DNA of 60,379 bases, counting the filler, from Basidiobolus ranarum (Eukaryota), in assembly GCA_040143965.1 (NCBI GenBank). It is 6 parts of 6 records of this genome, joined end to end, with 100 filler letters (N's around TTAATTAATTAA, not from the genome) between each part and the next. Parts side by side here need not be neighbours in the genome. Positions count along the whole stretch, not along the records: positions 30,267 to 40,243 come from JASJQH010000758.1; positions 40,344 to 50,317 come from JASJQH010000759.1; positions 50,418 to 60,379 come from JASJQH010000760.1; 3 more parts are not named here. One strand, given 5' to 3'. The notes under the pieces were generated by a model. That model searched no databases, was not told where the DNA came from, and worked only from the letters and a program-made list of their open reading frames with translations. The first letter of the stretch is position 1. Each line of letters opens with the position of its first letter. The position numbers were made by a program, and so were the translations under genes. Below, one piece after another: positions 40,001-52,523 of the stretch.

Positions 40001-40243
40001 CAGATTTCCTAAGTGGGACATTTTCGAATCATAACTTTACTCACGAAACCACAGACAACACCACATAGCCACTAGGAGATATTGCTCCTACCCTCTAACC
40101 ACTGTGGTAACTCTTCCCCCCTGAATAGGGAGTAATTGCAGAGACATTGGATCTACTTCTCTTGTGCATGTTGGACTAGATGAGGTTAGATTCACTTGTT
40201 GACCAATGGCCTATTTTCAGTTTTATTAATGTTACACTTTGTA

Positions 40244-40343
40244 NNNNNNNNNNNNNNNNNNNNNNNNNNNNNNNNNNNNNNNNNNNNTTAATTAATTAAN
40301 NNNNNNNNNNNNNNNNNNNNNNNNNNNNNNNNNNNNNNNNNNN
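40244..40343. other. Artificial contig-joining spacer
   Basis: N44-TTAATTAATTAA-N44. Confidence 0.98.
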
Positions 40344-40877
40344 CTTTGAGTCGATTTTTCTTTTTCCAGAGGGGTTTTCTTTAGTTAGGTCATCTTCAGT
40401 TTGAGCTTTCCGAATCTCAAAATCCGCTTGACTACGTTTGGCGATTCCTTCAACTTGCATACGTGTATTACCAGTGACACTACCGATATTCTCTTTGGCG
40501 ACACCATCAGCCCATTTGAGATTTGCGTTGAATTTGTCCGATGCTTTGATTGGTTTGTCGGATTGCTGAGCTAACCTTTGATATTCCTGATTTCCTTCGG
40601 ACCGCTCAATCGCACCAGCAGTCTCCAATTCTTTATCACCAATAAGATTACCAACGTTCTCCTTGACTGCGCCATTAGCCCATTTTACATTCGCCTGAAG
40701 TTTACCAACATTTTCGTTATTGGGGTTGTTTTCGGACTGGGCTTTCTGATATTCAGCTTCACCTTGTGCACGCTTAGTAGCACCTTCGATTTCCATCTTC
40801 TCATTTCCAATTACACTACCTACATTCTCTTGGATAACGCCGTTAACCCATTTTAGATTCGCTTTGACTTTACTCAT
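40344..40877 (-). CDS. CsbD-like repeat stress protein (hydrophilin), 3' truncated
   Basis: Three copies of K.xAN.KWxxG..xEN.Gx.xG...xxxG...R; the ORF runs into the spacer. Confidence 0.75.
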
Positions 40878-41326
40878 TATAGTTGAAATTAGAGGTTGTT
40901 TAGTGTTTGGGAACAGCTCTCTCTAGAGGTTTAAATGGGTTTTCCAAGTGCATACGTGTATATTCTTCTCCACGTCATAATTAATTTGAGCAGTATTTAT
41001 GCTCAAGGATAGATGAATTTTCAAGTGGAAGTTGTCATCCCTCTTGATGTCTAACTCAGTTTCTACCATTCATTGGCTCCTGGATAATGTACACACATAA
41101 TCGTCATTATTTGTTCTCTTCGTCATAGATCCAATGTGCATGATAATCAATGGGCTTCATGGACCGTTAGGGTTAGTATTCTAGAATATATCATGATGGA
41201 ATACTCAACGACTTTTTATACAGAATTTATTAAACAAGCAAAAAGGCATACGTAACGATCAATTTAAATTCGAAGAATGTTCGAGATGCTACGGAGATTA
41301 CATGAATGATGCTTACTTAATAATGT

Positions 41327-42274
41327 TTACAAGTTGGAGGTACCAGAGATGTAGAACCATTTATCAACAGAGGAGTCGATAGGAGCGGGAGGTTGACGAG
41401 ATTCCTCGGGGATTTGTTTGAAATCACTTTCGTTGGTGATCAAGTAAGGAGATCCCTCAACAGCGGTGTTTTCAAGGGCCAAATCGTAGACCTCAGTCTT
41501 AGCAGGAATAGCACCAGTGATGAGACGCTTCCAGGCTTCGTGAGTCTCAAGAATAACTTCAGTGGCGTACTTCTTGTTCTTGGCTTCACCGGAGAAAGCG
41601 AACTGATTTTCAGGCTTACCATCAGGGATTTTGTAAATACGGAACCATTCATTAGTGGCACGAAGAAGACCAGGAAGATGCTTCTCAACATCTTCAATGT
41701 CGTTAAGCTTATTAGCCAAAGGATCGTTCACATCGATAGCAATAACCTTCCAATCGGTTTCACCCTCATCGAGTAAAGCCATAACACCAAGAACCTTAAC
41801 TTGCTTGATTTGTCCGGGAGTGGCAACTTGTTCACCAATTTCAAGAACATCAATGGGATCGTTGTCACCACGAGCTTTGGTTTCAGCGTGGGTGTGAGTG
41901 GGATCTTCCCAGGTTTGGGGCAAAGCACCGTAGTTCCAGATGTAACCATGATGAGGGAAACAGTTTCTAACATATCTCAATTTACCCTTCTTAACATCTT
42001 GCTTGATAGGGTTGAAGGTTTGACCAGTGGCAATTTCGAGTTTAGCATTGGTCCAACGAGGGATCTCAACGACCATGTTGTAAACGTTCTTGGTATCGTT
42101 GGCGAAAAGAGGGATATCATGGAAAGGAGAAACTGGCTTACCATCCTTTTCTGTAAATTTATCAATAGTTAGAAACAATCCAATAAAATAGAATTAGTAA
42201 CGTAATATACCAAAGAAAATACGATGTTCGAGGGTGTTGGGAGCACCAACAACACGAGTCTTGAATTCAGCCAT
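41327..42274 (-). CDS. IPP1: Inorganic pyrophosphatase (2 exons)
   Basis: [49 protein letters not shown]. Exon 1 [21 protein letters not shown] starts at 42274. Confidence 0.97.
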
Positions 42275-42784
42275 GTTAAAGTTGATTGAAGAATAAGGAT
42301 GTCAACCCACTTGAATCACCGAGAGTTGTTTCTCGAACAATTTATATCCTTTTGTGATGAATATTCTGGGTCCTTGTAATTCAAAAATTTTATCGACTTT
42401 TTGCTAAAATTCCATCCATATCACGTCATCTAGCATTCGTGATCGATAAAGTATACTTTCTCTTTAGAAACGAATTGTTATTGATCTACAGGCTGATTAC
42501 TTACTATAGAGACAAAATACGAATTCATTCATTTCGGAGATGAGCATTATTACCGGATGAATTCTTTCGCAAGTACAATGACACCTTTACAACTCCACTT
42601 GGTATGGATGTGTGTGATTTGCTTGCTCAACAACAGCTGTAATAGCGCAAGTGGCTTAAAACAAACAAGACTCAACATTAATTCTAGAAATTTCTGAGCC
42701 ATTTTATTTAGACTGAGATGGTCCAAGCCCCTCACCCACGTGAATACCAGGAGTTGGTCCATACTTGACACTGAGTAATTCGTT

Positions 42785-42807
42785 GGGGGGGAGGGGAGGG
42801 GAGGGGG
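42785..42807 (+). promoter_or_regulatory. G-tract array (potential G-quadruplex / STRE-like AGGGG cluster) in a divergent promoter
   Basis: G7-A-G4-A-G4-A-G5. Confidence 0.5.
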
Positions 42808-42894
42808 AGAGAGAGAGGTGGTAGTTTTGTCGAGGCATATTTCTCTTTCCAAACCTTTCATTGTATTGTTCTGTTCTTATTCAGAGCTAAAATT

Positions 42895-43347
42895 ATGGAT
42901 GACCCATTATTTGGAGGCACTAGTAGACGAGTACGTTTCCCTTCCCTTCCTTTCCTTTCATAGTAACCCCCTATTTACATAGACCTGATTTTGATCTTTC
43001 TTCACAGGATGTACTCATCGAGCAAGCAGTCAGCGGTTTAGTTACAGTTTTCGCTACACTAACTGCTATATTCTCGGTAATAAACGCATTTACCAAAGGT
43101 TTGGTACACCTTTTCTTTGGAGCCTGTGTAGTTGCCTTTACCCTTTGCGAAGTGAAATTAGTAAGTGTTTAAATAATTTCACCACGTTGATGGATTTTTG
43201 GTCTCAACCAAGTATTTTCCCCCCTACAAACAGTTAGAATGGTATAGACTCGGAGACTTGGAGCCAAAATTCAAATATCTCATCTTGGCCCAAGGGATTG
43301 CCTTACTAGTTCTATGTGTAGTAGGGAACGTGTATTTATGGTCATAG
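42895..43347 (+). CDS. TMEM243: TMEM243 (DUF2678)-like small membrane protein; exons 42895-42930, 43008-43160, 43234-43347
   Basis: The spliced 100-aa product has PLFGGTS.RD and WYRLGDLEPKF signatures with three hydrophobic segments. It is missed by the ORF track. Confidence 0.85.
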
Positions 43348-44070
43348 TGAATTCCCCGCATATGTTTTTATGGAATTCTTCTCACATTTTCAACGATGAA
43401 TAATTTAATATTACCTCACCTTTTAACTGGATATCTAATTGTTCTATAGCATACAAGAAAATAGATGACCATTTTTTGTACTGGTGAAGTGCCCATTTTG
43501 CTTCTTAGTTTATGTTTATACTATGTCAGTGTTTTTTTACTTTCGGTTATTACAAAGGTTTACTCATTCTCACTCTCATTCCCACCCCACTATCACCTCT
43601 CAACTTCTAAAGTAATTTCACTCTTGAGGTAGTACACTTACTATGCACTATCATAGTTATTCATTAATAGCCTTGCTTTCTTTCCGAATAAACAAGTTAA
43701 TTTAGAGCCATTAGCGGTGGGATCTAACGTTACCAGGATTGGTAATTTGTTGACACTGAATATTAGATTAGAGTTGATGATTAGCTAGAATTAGTAGTGA
43801 TAATGCTAGAACATATAGCGAACTATTACTGGTTAAATTTAACTGTAGTAGTGATGAGTCTCTAAGTATCATTTTGACCTATCTGATCGAAGAAATCCCC
43901 TTGGAACTTACAAAAACACAGTTACATGAAACACGTTTCAAATAGCAGACAAGTGAATAAAGAAATCGGAGAAAATCGAGAGAAATCCAAACATCATGTT
44001 AGTTAATATAAGTGGCATACTTTTCTTGGTAAAAGTTGGCGTTTCTAACCCTTCCATATTCTAAATAAGC

Positions 44071-44436
44071 ATGAGAATAAAGTCCATCTTATTATCAATC
44101 ACTTTAACTCTAAGTTATATTCATGGCTTTCCTTATGTTCAAGGTGGTGCTCCCTCTAATATTTACACTCCCCACTCGATTCGAGCTAAAATGGCCTCCA
44201 TCGCACCAGAACTATCTAAACTGACGTTTTCAGCTAACATTCATAACGAAACAAAAACTTCTAAAGAAACTGAAAATGAATATCTGCCAGAGTCGAACCC
44301 AAACCCTCTCTATAGTGACGGGAAAAAGTCTAACCTCAATGACAGTATATTACAAACCATAGATAGATTCTCCGAACCCTATAAACAAGGCTACCATGAT
44401 GGGCTTATGGAAGGGACCAAAAAGTGTTCATCTTAA
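44071..44436 (+). CDS. Small putative secreted protein of unknown function (121 aa)
   Basis: ATG start, signal-peptide-like MRIKSILLSITLTLSYIHG, and a TATA-like sequence upstream. No recognised domain. Confidence 0.5.
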   Translation: MRIKSILLSITLTLSYIHGFPYVQGGAPSNIYTPHSIRAKMASIAPELSKLTFSANIHNETKTSKETENEYLPESNPNPLYSDGKKSNLNDSILQTIDRFSEPYKQGYHDGLMEGTKKCSS

Positions 44437-44680
44437 CCTTAGAATGACATGGATAATAACTGATCGATAATTACCGATGAAACTCCCAATAACATAGATT
44501 TCAAATCAGAATCACATAAATAAAGATAGATTCAGATGGTTATTTTACCCCATTCAAAGTTTGAAATCTTATTTGAATTTTATCAAATATACATTCATAG
44601 ACTTCCCCGAACTTTTGGCTAGCAAGGTGGTTTTCTCTTCAAATACTCTGTCGTACGTGAAGTCCAGAAACTCTAGAATC

Positions 44681-45467
44681 ATGAATATTTTACGCCAAAC
44701 TAGTATGAACTCTATCCGTAGATTTACAACTTCTACTTTATTACGTGAGCAGAGTGGCTTTGCTGAACGTGCGGTACCTGAAATAGTGGTGAAGAAGAAG
44801 GTCGGGGCTTTTCGTGGAGGGTAAGAGGATTCGATATAATCAAGGAGAGGGGAAAATTGTTCAACTCATTTCCTGTGCCTCTTTAAAGCCTTGTCACTGT
44901 CCTCAAGATCCTCGTAAAAGCTAACTATTTTGTTCATAGGTTGATGGGACTCCTCCTTGGTGTCACCACTGCCGGTGGTATCGGTTATTATTACCTTCTT
45001 GACGAATATCACTCTGCCTCTGCTTTATTATTGAAATCAGTTGACGAACTTCATAACTCTACCAACAAGGTGCGTGTATATTATAACAGGAAGCTTTTTA
45101 GTCTTTAAACTGATTGAGGGATACTTTGTAAAATAGGTTCGTGAATACGCCAAAAAAATCGAAAGAGTTGAGAAGGAACTGTCGGATTTAAAAGGAATTT
45201 CAGCCACTTCCAAGGATATTGAGAAGGTTCATAGTGACTTGAAGCAACTTTACGTATGTATATCCTATTCCCTTGCACAAGTAAAGAGATCTAACATGGT
45301 GTTTTATTAGGAGATTGTTCAGAGTGAGCATGAAGAATTGAAGGGACATGTAACCGGAATTGGTATGGAATATCGTTTACTCTCTTCTTCAAGAGCATTT
45401 GTTCATAATCTTTCATTTAGAACTTGACGTGCAATCATTCAAGACCAGAAGCGAAGCTAGTCAATAA
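44681..45467 (+). CDS. Conserved fungal putative mitochondrial membrane protein with coiled coil, 5 exons
   Basis: Arg-rich presequence, then KVGAFRGG|LMGLLLG...GYYYLLDEY and a helical tail. GT-AG introns keep the frame. Confidence 0.75.
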
Positions 45468-45915
45468 CCAAGTGTGGACATGACTATCTCAAGTAGCAAT
45501 ATAAACTCTTCATCCCCGCTCATCATACCTTTGTGTTGGATACTCACTCTTCATTACTCACTACTCATATCATTCCTCATTCCCTCGATTAAATAAAGTG
45601 GTATTTACAAGTTTAAATCCACAGTGGATGTTGATTTGGCTGCAGTCAATGATGTTTTAGTAACCGAAGCGCAGATTAATACATCACCTACGTCTGAGAA
45701 TGATCTCTCATGGGCAAACTTAATCAAGTTATATCTTTGAGCGATCTGAAGAGGTAGATTTATTAAAGCAATCCATCCAATTAATCCTAAATTAGGATAT
45801 ACACTTATCCACGATTTTCCATAGTATACTTAAAATGTCCTATGTGGTGGATATATATTCAGTAGTAAATGTATTGAGGCTCGCTTCTCTTCGTATTTCT
45901 CAGCTGTCTACGACA

Positions 45916-47326
45916 ATGACAAAACCTGTGCGTAAAGTCAACTTACCTTCTCAACAAGAGACGGTTCATTGTCGTGGTATAACGTCATCGACAGGTGCCC
46001 CCTGCAAGCAAAAAATTAAGTTATCTCCTGGTACAACCCCTCAACAGTATTTCTGTCACCATCATCGGAATCAACAACTTAATCGCTTTGGTACAAGGAG
46101 AAATGTCACGGGGGAGGTGTCAAAATATTTCCCCCCTCCAGACAACTCAGTTAAAGCTTTAACAGAGGATGTTAAAAACTTGAAGATTAAACCCACTTCA
46201 AATAGTAAAAAATCAACCACCAATCAACCTCCAACGAAACCAGTAAACGAAAAACCAACCACAAAAAAGAAAAATTTCTTTTCAAATGCCAAGATTTTCT
46301 TTGGAAAACTCAAAGCTAAGAAGAGTTCATCACCTGGTTTATCCAAAATAAGTGACGGTCAGTTTTTCAACAACCACAACCCTCACCAAACCAAGTTCTT
46401 TCCTACTCCATCCCAAACTACTCAGAATAATAATTACCATACACCTAATTTAATGCCTAGCCCAACTCAACACGTTTTTGGGAGACCCTCCTTTAAATTT
46501 GATCCCACTCCCACTTCGGTACTACACCATCAACAAGTAGTTATATGTCGCGGCGTAAAGCGTTCTGGACAGCCGTGTACCATGAAAGTCAGACTACCTC
46601 CAGCCAGTGAAATAGTCGAGAGTAGCTATTATTGTCGGCATCATCGAGAACAAGAACAATCCATTGATATGTCCTCCCAGTGGCTTCAAAGTAAGATGGT
46701 TTCATGACGGAATCATAATACATCGTTAACTCACTGTCTATAATGTAGGTTGGATGCCACAGGATATCTCTGGAGAGACGATGCACAAATTACGCATGGA
46801 AATGTCCAAACCTATCTCTGAGGGCGATCAACCAGGATTTATATATGCGTATCAAACTGAAGGTTTTGTACGAATTTAGATAGAACCGAACCTAAATCGC
46901 TTATGGTCCATTAATATGTGAATATTGTATTTAGAGTTGCGTTCGGATGGTCTTAGAGTTCATAACTTTTACAAAATCGGGCGCACCAACAATTTGCCTC
47001 GGCGCCTTTACCAGTGGCATAAAGGGTGTGGAAAACTGGTCAAGTTGATTGAGAGTTTCCCCGCAGCCGTCTCCTCCTCTACCAACACTCCAAACTTACA
47101 GTCCCCGTATAGCCATCGTTTGGAGCGTTTGATACATATTCACCTTGGAGATAGATATAAAGTTGAACCATTTTACTGTGTCGGGTGTTCAAGGTATCAT
47201 ACCGAATGGTTTATGGTGCCACATTCAGCTCAACATCAGGGCAAGTATCCTGGATGGCCGGAAATAAGAGAGATCATTCAACATTGGTTGAGGTTTGTTT
47301 ACACCCTTCAAACAAGTCAGGGATGA
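45916..47326 (+). CDS. T5orf172 / Mug113 (DUF1766) GIY-YIG-like domain protein, 3 exons
   Basis: EMSKPISEGDQPGFIYAY, YKIGRTNNLPRRLYQW, HRLERLIHIHL, CxxC..HTEWF. Two N-terminal CRG...C...CxHH motifs. Confidence 0.85.
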
Positions 47327-47535
47327 GCTTTGTATTAGATAAGTGCACTACACTTAATTGCCTCTATCTAGCGTGTGTTATCACATTAATCGTCGTAGAT
47401 CGTGACTAACCCTGAAACAATTGTGCGAACCATAGTATATATGTTTATGTATGATAAATTAACCTTTTTTTGCCATTTAATATAGTTTTTTTATATAAAA
47501 TTGGAATTCATTTGATAGTGTAATCTCCAGGCTTC

Positions 47536-48175
47536 TTACCATCTCAGGAAATGAGTTGGACACTCATAACTGCAAATTCAAAGTTAGAAAATTAGTATGA
47601 GAAAAGGTGGTTCAACAAAACTCTACTTACCCATGAGGATTCTTGTCAAGATACTGTTGGTGATAATCTTCGGCGTTATAGAACTTTTCAGCAGGAATTA
47701 TCTGTGTAGCGATAGGTTGTCCTTTGAAATGCTTCTCCTGTACTTCTTTGGTCACTTTTTCGGCAATTTCCTTTTGTTCAGGAGTGTGATAGAAAATGGC
47801 AGAGCGATACTGTGTACCAACATCCGGACCTTGTCGGTTGGCAGTAGTAGGGTCGTGCATACGATAAAAGAATTCCGTAAGAGTGTCGTAAGTTACTTTA
47901 CTAGGGTCAAATAGAATCTCTATAGCTTCCGCGTGTTCAGTGTCTCCATTACAGACTTGCCTGTAGCCAGGATTTTCAACAACACCACCAGTATATCCGA
48001 CTTTCGTTTGTATGCCTTCCTTTTTAAAATGCTTTTGAAATACTTTCTCTACTCCCCAAAAACAACCTGCTGCGTATGTAGCCTTTTCAGTAGACATTTT
48101 TAGTGCTGTGCTTGAGAATGGTCGAGCTAAACAAAAAGGTACTGTTGTCGCGAGTTTAAGTGAATGAATGAGCAT
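47536..48175 (-). CDS. MSRA: Peptide methionine sulfoxide reductase MsrA (2 exons)
   Basis: [37 protein letters not shown]. Terminal exon [10 protein letters not shown]. Confidence 0.95.
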
Positions 48176-48729
48176 AGGAATGAGCGAAGATGGTTTATAT
48201 ATTGATGTCAACCATAGCCATCATTATATCTGTGAAAATAAAAATGACGAAATCTTGGAATGATTCATCTAAAAATACCCCAAGTATTAATAATCAAACC
48301 ACAGGTGGATTAGCTAAGCCATATTCACGTACCCAAGACATGAGAGAATTAAATGTTTCGACCTGGTATAGTTTCTTTAAATCAGGCTTCTCAATGATTT
48401 GCTACACTTTATATGAGGATTTTATTTAAATTCAATAAATCATGAGAACCACCAACAGTGAATAATATATCAATACGGTGCATAAATCATTTTAAATACC
48501 AGAATCTCTAAAAACAACCACCGAGTAGTGCAACAAGGGATACATGAACTAACTCACAAAATAAAAGAAACTATTGAACAAAATGAAAGTAAATTAATCG
48601 AAAGACAGAATGAAGTGGATGTTGAATAAGTAAAAGACAAATCCACCAAGTGCAAGTAGGTCAAGAAAATCAGTCTAATAAAGCAGAAATTCGGGCAAAA
48701 TGCTAGAGGCTAAAACCTGAAAATAATGT

Positions 48730-50317
48730 TTAAGATGGTACGGGGTTGATATTTTCGTAGCTCCAAATTCGGGCACGGCAATCTCCGGAAGCGGTGGCAA
48801 AGAGGCCTCCCATAGGACTCAATGTTACCGAGATAACTAATACGCATCATATTAGTAACAACTTCTTTAATCAAACCTCTATACATATTAACATTTCTTC
48901 ACCTGAATTTTTATGTCCCTGAAGCATGAATTGTGTATGAGCACTACGGGGATCCCAGAATTGGACACCGCGGTCTTTGGATCCTGACACTATCCAATTA
49001 CCACAAGGCGAGCACGCGACAGATAAAACGAAATCCTGGTATGAGCAATTAGTCCAGGTCTATATTCAAGTCTGAAGGTAAATTATAGAAATATGTTACC
49101 TTGTGTCCGACAAAAGTGGTTCTACACGGATTGGTTTTCTGGTTGGCGGAGTTCTTGTTAGTAAGGATATCCCACATTTTGATGGTTTTATCCAAGGAGC
49201 CAGAAATGAGAGATTTACCTACAAAATTTTATGTCAATGATACCCAAGCAACCTATCCATCTAAATTATGTATACTAACCATCAGGAGTGAAGGCAATTG
49301 AGTAAACACTATCCTTATGACCTTCAAGTTTCTCCAAAAGCTGACCAGTTTGGACATCCCAAACTCTTACCATCTTGTCCAATGATCCAGCAGCCACAAA
49401 TCGACCATCAGGACTGAATGCAACGGAAGTCACACCAGCTTCCTTGGGACCATTATCTTCTATAACCAGGGTGTAAACACATTTCCCACTTTCCATATCC
49501 CAGATCCTAGCAGTTCTGTCTCCAGAACCAGACACGATCAAACGGCCATCTCGGGAAAAATCAAGGGAATAAATATCTTGCTCATGTCCTTGGAAGAGAT
49601 TTCTAATTCGTTTTCTAGCTATATCCCAGATCTAATGCAGTTTCAATATTAGGCTTGGAAATCATCAAATGGTAGTCCTACATTTCACTCACTCTGATCT
49701 GTTTATCTTCAGCTCCGGTAGCAAGATACTTTCCATCTGGACTAAAGCAAACGGATCTAATATAGAGGTCACCGTCTCTGTTTGCAGTTTCGTCCTGTAA
49801 AACGCTGAATCAAAGCACAAATAAAGTCAGTATGACACGGTACATAAAACTCAATTATAGCAGAAACTACACTAAAACATACCAAATCTTATTTCCGTTC
49901 TGAACATCGTAGATTTGAGCACTTCTATTGCAACCAGTAGCCAGATATTTGCCATCATTACTGAATCGAACGCAGCAGACGACACTATGTATTAAATGCT
50001 TAGTATCAACAAAACAAAGTAATAGTCAGCAGCATTCTCACTTACCTGCCGTGATCAAGTGTATGTGCAAGATCAACGTTCATCTGACGAGGGAACTTAG
50101 GGTTAAAGCTAGAAAGAGAATGAATGAATAACTATAGTATGTGAAACACTAGAAATTCGGAACTTACATAGCAAACCAATCAGAGCCCTCTCGCTTATGA
50201 TGAGATGCTACGTTATCCGGGTCCATATCATTCAAATCATTTCCCAACGAGCTAGGTCCCTTCACAGCGGGTCTAGCTGGGCCATTAGGTGATTGCTGAT
50301 TTTGTTGTTGCTGTTGC
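48730..50317 (-). CDS. TUP1: General transcriptional corepressor Tup1 (WD40), 5' truncated in a Gln-rich region
   Basis: [70 protein letters not shown]. Confidence 0.95.
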
Positions 50318-50417
50318 NNNNNNNNNNNNNNNNNNNNNNNNNNNNNNNNNNNNNNNNNNNNTTAATTAATTAANNNNNNNNNNNNNNNNNNNNNNNNNNN
50401 NNNNNNNNNNNNNNNNN
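50318..50417. other. Artificial contig-joining spacer
   Basis: N44-TTAATTAATTAA-N44. Confidence 0.98.
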
Positions 50418-51339
50418 TACCTTAAAAATAATGTTTTCGATAAAAAGTTCATGTTATAACTACAAAAGTTTAAAAGCCTTAAATTTGGTAATCTTAGATA
50501 CCTGATACTCCATACTCTTATCTAGACACATACTTTTTCTATTTATTGATAATTATAACTCTCATACTTGCTCACGTAACAGCAATCAATGAATTTTTCT
50601 TGCCAAGTATTACTCAAAAATTCCCCGGCGGTTGATCTGGTCAATAGCTATGAGCAGATAACTCACCATATTTCTAGTATGAGCCTCTGTTGTATAGAAA
50701 CCTCTGGCACAAGCTGACTAATCTGTCGCCGGAAGTGTGGTTTAAAATTGATCATAAGCAGGCACAAACCATGCTACAAAAAGCGGAAAATATGTTCTAG
50801 AATACTCCTTGGAATCAGACATAGCACCCATTTGAAGTGATTGTATTGATTGTAAGCAGGAATATAACCACTCAACATCTGCATTGTCATGCTTTGGCTA
50901 TCTACTCATTGTGAACGATTGGTCCTGAAGATATCTACTTGAATACCACTACATCGATAGCTTCAGTAGGTTGAAGAAAAATCCACCATACATACCCCGC
51001 TAATTTTCTGAGCAAATCATTGTGTATTGGTTAAATTAATCATTAGCCTACAGATTCAATTTGATTTAAACAAAATCCGAAAACTCTTCTCTATCCAGTT
51101 GGTAAACGACAGCATCAGAAAATAAATCGAAGCTTTCCATTTAAACTAAGCAAAACCAATTCAAAAGTTGTTTGAATCTGGCCCTATCTACAAAAAATCA
51201 TTGACCTGTGGAATAAAATTTCGATCTCTTTCAGCGATCCACAGTGGTTTCCATCTCTGAATATGTTATTTGTCAGGATAATTTAAACCTCGAACCGCAA
51301 AACCCTCTTGTGAACTCTCTTAAGTACCCAACGTAGAAA

Positions 51340-51909
51340 ATGAGTACCGCACCACATCTTCCTGGTAGAGCCCTCTCTTTAGTGGGACTTCTATTACTTT
51401 CCCATTCCGCATATTCAACCTATGAACGTGAGTTTTCCCTGCACTCTTCTCCTAATAATTGATTTTGTTCACTAAAGTGATTTAACGTTCGAAAACTTAG
51501 ATCTTTCCTATTTGAAAGCAACTGATAAGCATGAAGATGGTTTGCCTGTTGATGTAAGTTACCTCTACTATATTTAGTTTTCGCAGAGTCTTATAAGCCT
51601 CTCCTTCCTTTGTCTTCATAATTGTGTGTATACTTATTCATTTATGCATAGATCATAATCGAATGCATGGTGGCTATCATCATCTTCATGGTAGGTTTTA
51701 CTTTGGTGTCCGGTTCACTCAAGCCGATTCTTATGGAGGTCGAGATGGCGAAACAGTAAGTAGATTCTATTCTCATCCATCATTTCTACGATGACAATCT
51801 CATAACACCCTTTCTCGATATACTTAGAACTATCAACAAACTTGATTCTCGTCCATCTTTCCAAACTTTCAACCACCGTGGTGTGTATCTTCACAATAAA
51901 ACTAAATAG
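51340..51909 (+). CDS. EMC5: ER membrane complex subunit 5 / MMGT1; exons 51340-51427, 51501-51553, 51652-51755, 51828-51909
   Basis: Spliced product has LSHSAYSTYEH, LPVDIIIEC, LKPI and SRPSFQTFNHRG. It is absent from the ORF track. Confidence 0.9.
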
Positions 51910-52523
51910 AGTAGATTTTGATGGTCAATATTTATTTTCAACCCCTTAAAAGTCACTTATTATTTTATTCACCTTCTTTCCACTCTCCCGTCCCACCATT
52001 GTTAGTGAGATGCCTTTGTTACCTTTCATAGGATTGAAGCAGATAAAAATCAAAGTTCATATACATCCATTATATTCAACATATTCTATGATGAATCGAT
52101 TCCTATTCATTTATCTTTGAACTAGTACTTTCACATTGAATTCTCATCAATCCGGGAATTTCTACATGCTATGGCTCGATTCTCTCTCTTTCCTTGAACA
52201 AATAGATTTTGTACTCTTTACTATCACTTATGAATTCTTTTTATGAAGTGCAAGAGGACATGGCTATTGAGAACTCGACCGATGTATCCACTGCTTTTCA
52301 AATGAGATTCGAATTTGACAGAAACTGAGATTCAAAAAAGATTCGGTTTATTGTGTTGGTTGATTGGTAGAAGTTACTTGAACATTGCAATAATTCATCA
52401 AAATTGGCTTGGCCAAACTCTCCATTTCTCTTAAAAATTATCGCTAAAAATCCTCACATTCCTAAAATGCTAGTCAGTGAGTGGTTGGATTTCTACGCTG
52501 AACTATTCTCTGACCATTCTCCA

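Noticed and set aside
37200-40243. Several 60-100 aa ORFs in a 3-kb gene-free tract
   Set aside because: No recognisable homology or consistent exon chain; cannot be supported from sequence alone.
41393-42172. Multiple long antisense/alternative-frame ORFs over IPP1
   Set aside because: Shadow ORFs expected from strong codon bias in a highly expressed gene.
47536-48175. MsrA as a possible fungal selenoprotein
   Set aside because: Active site is GCFWG with a Cys codon; no in-frame TGA.
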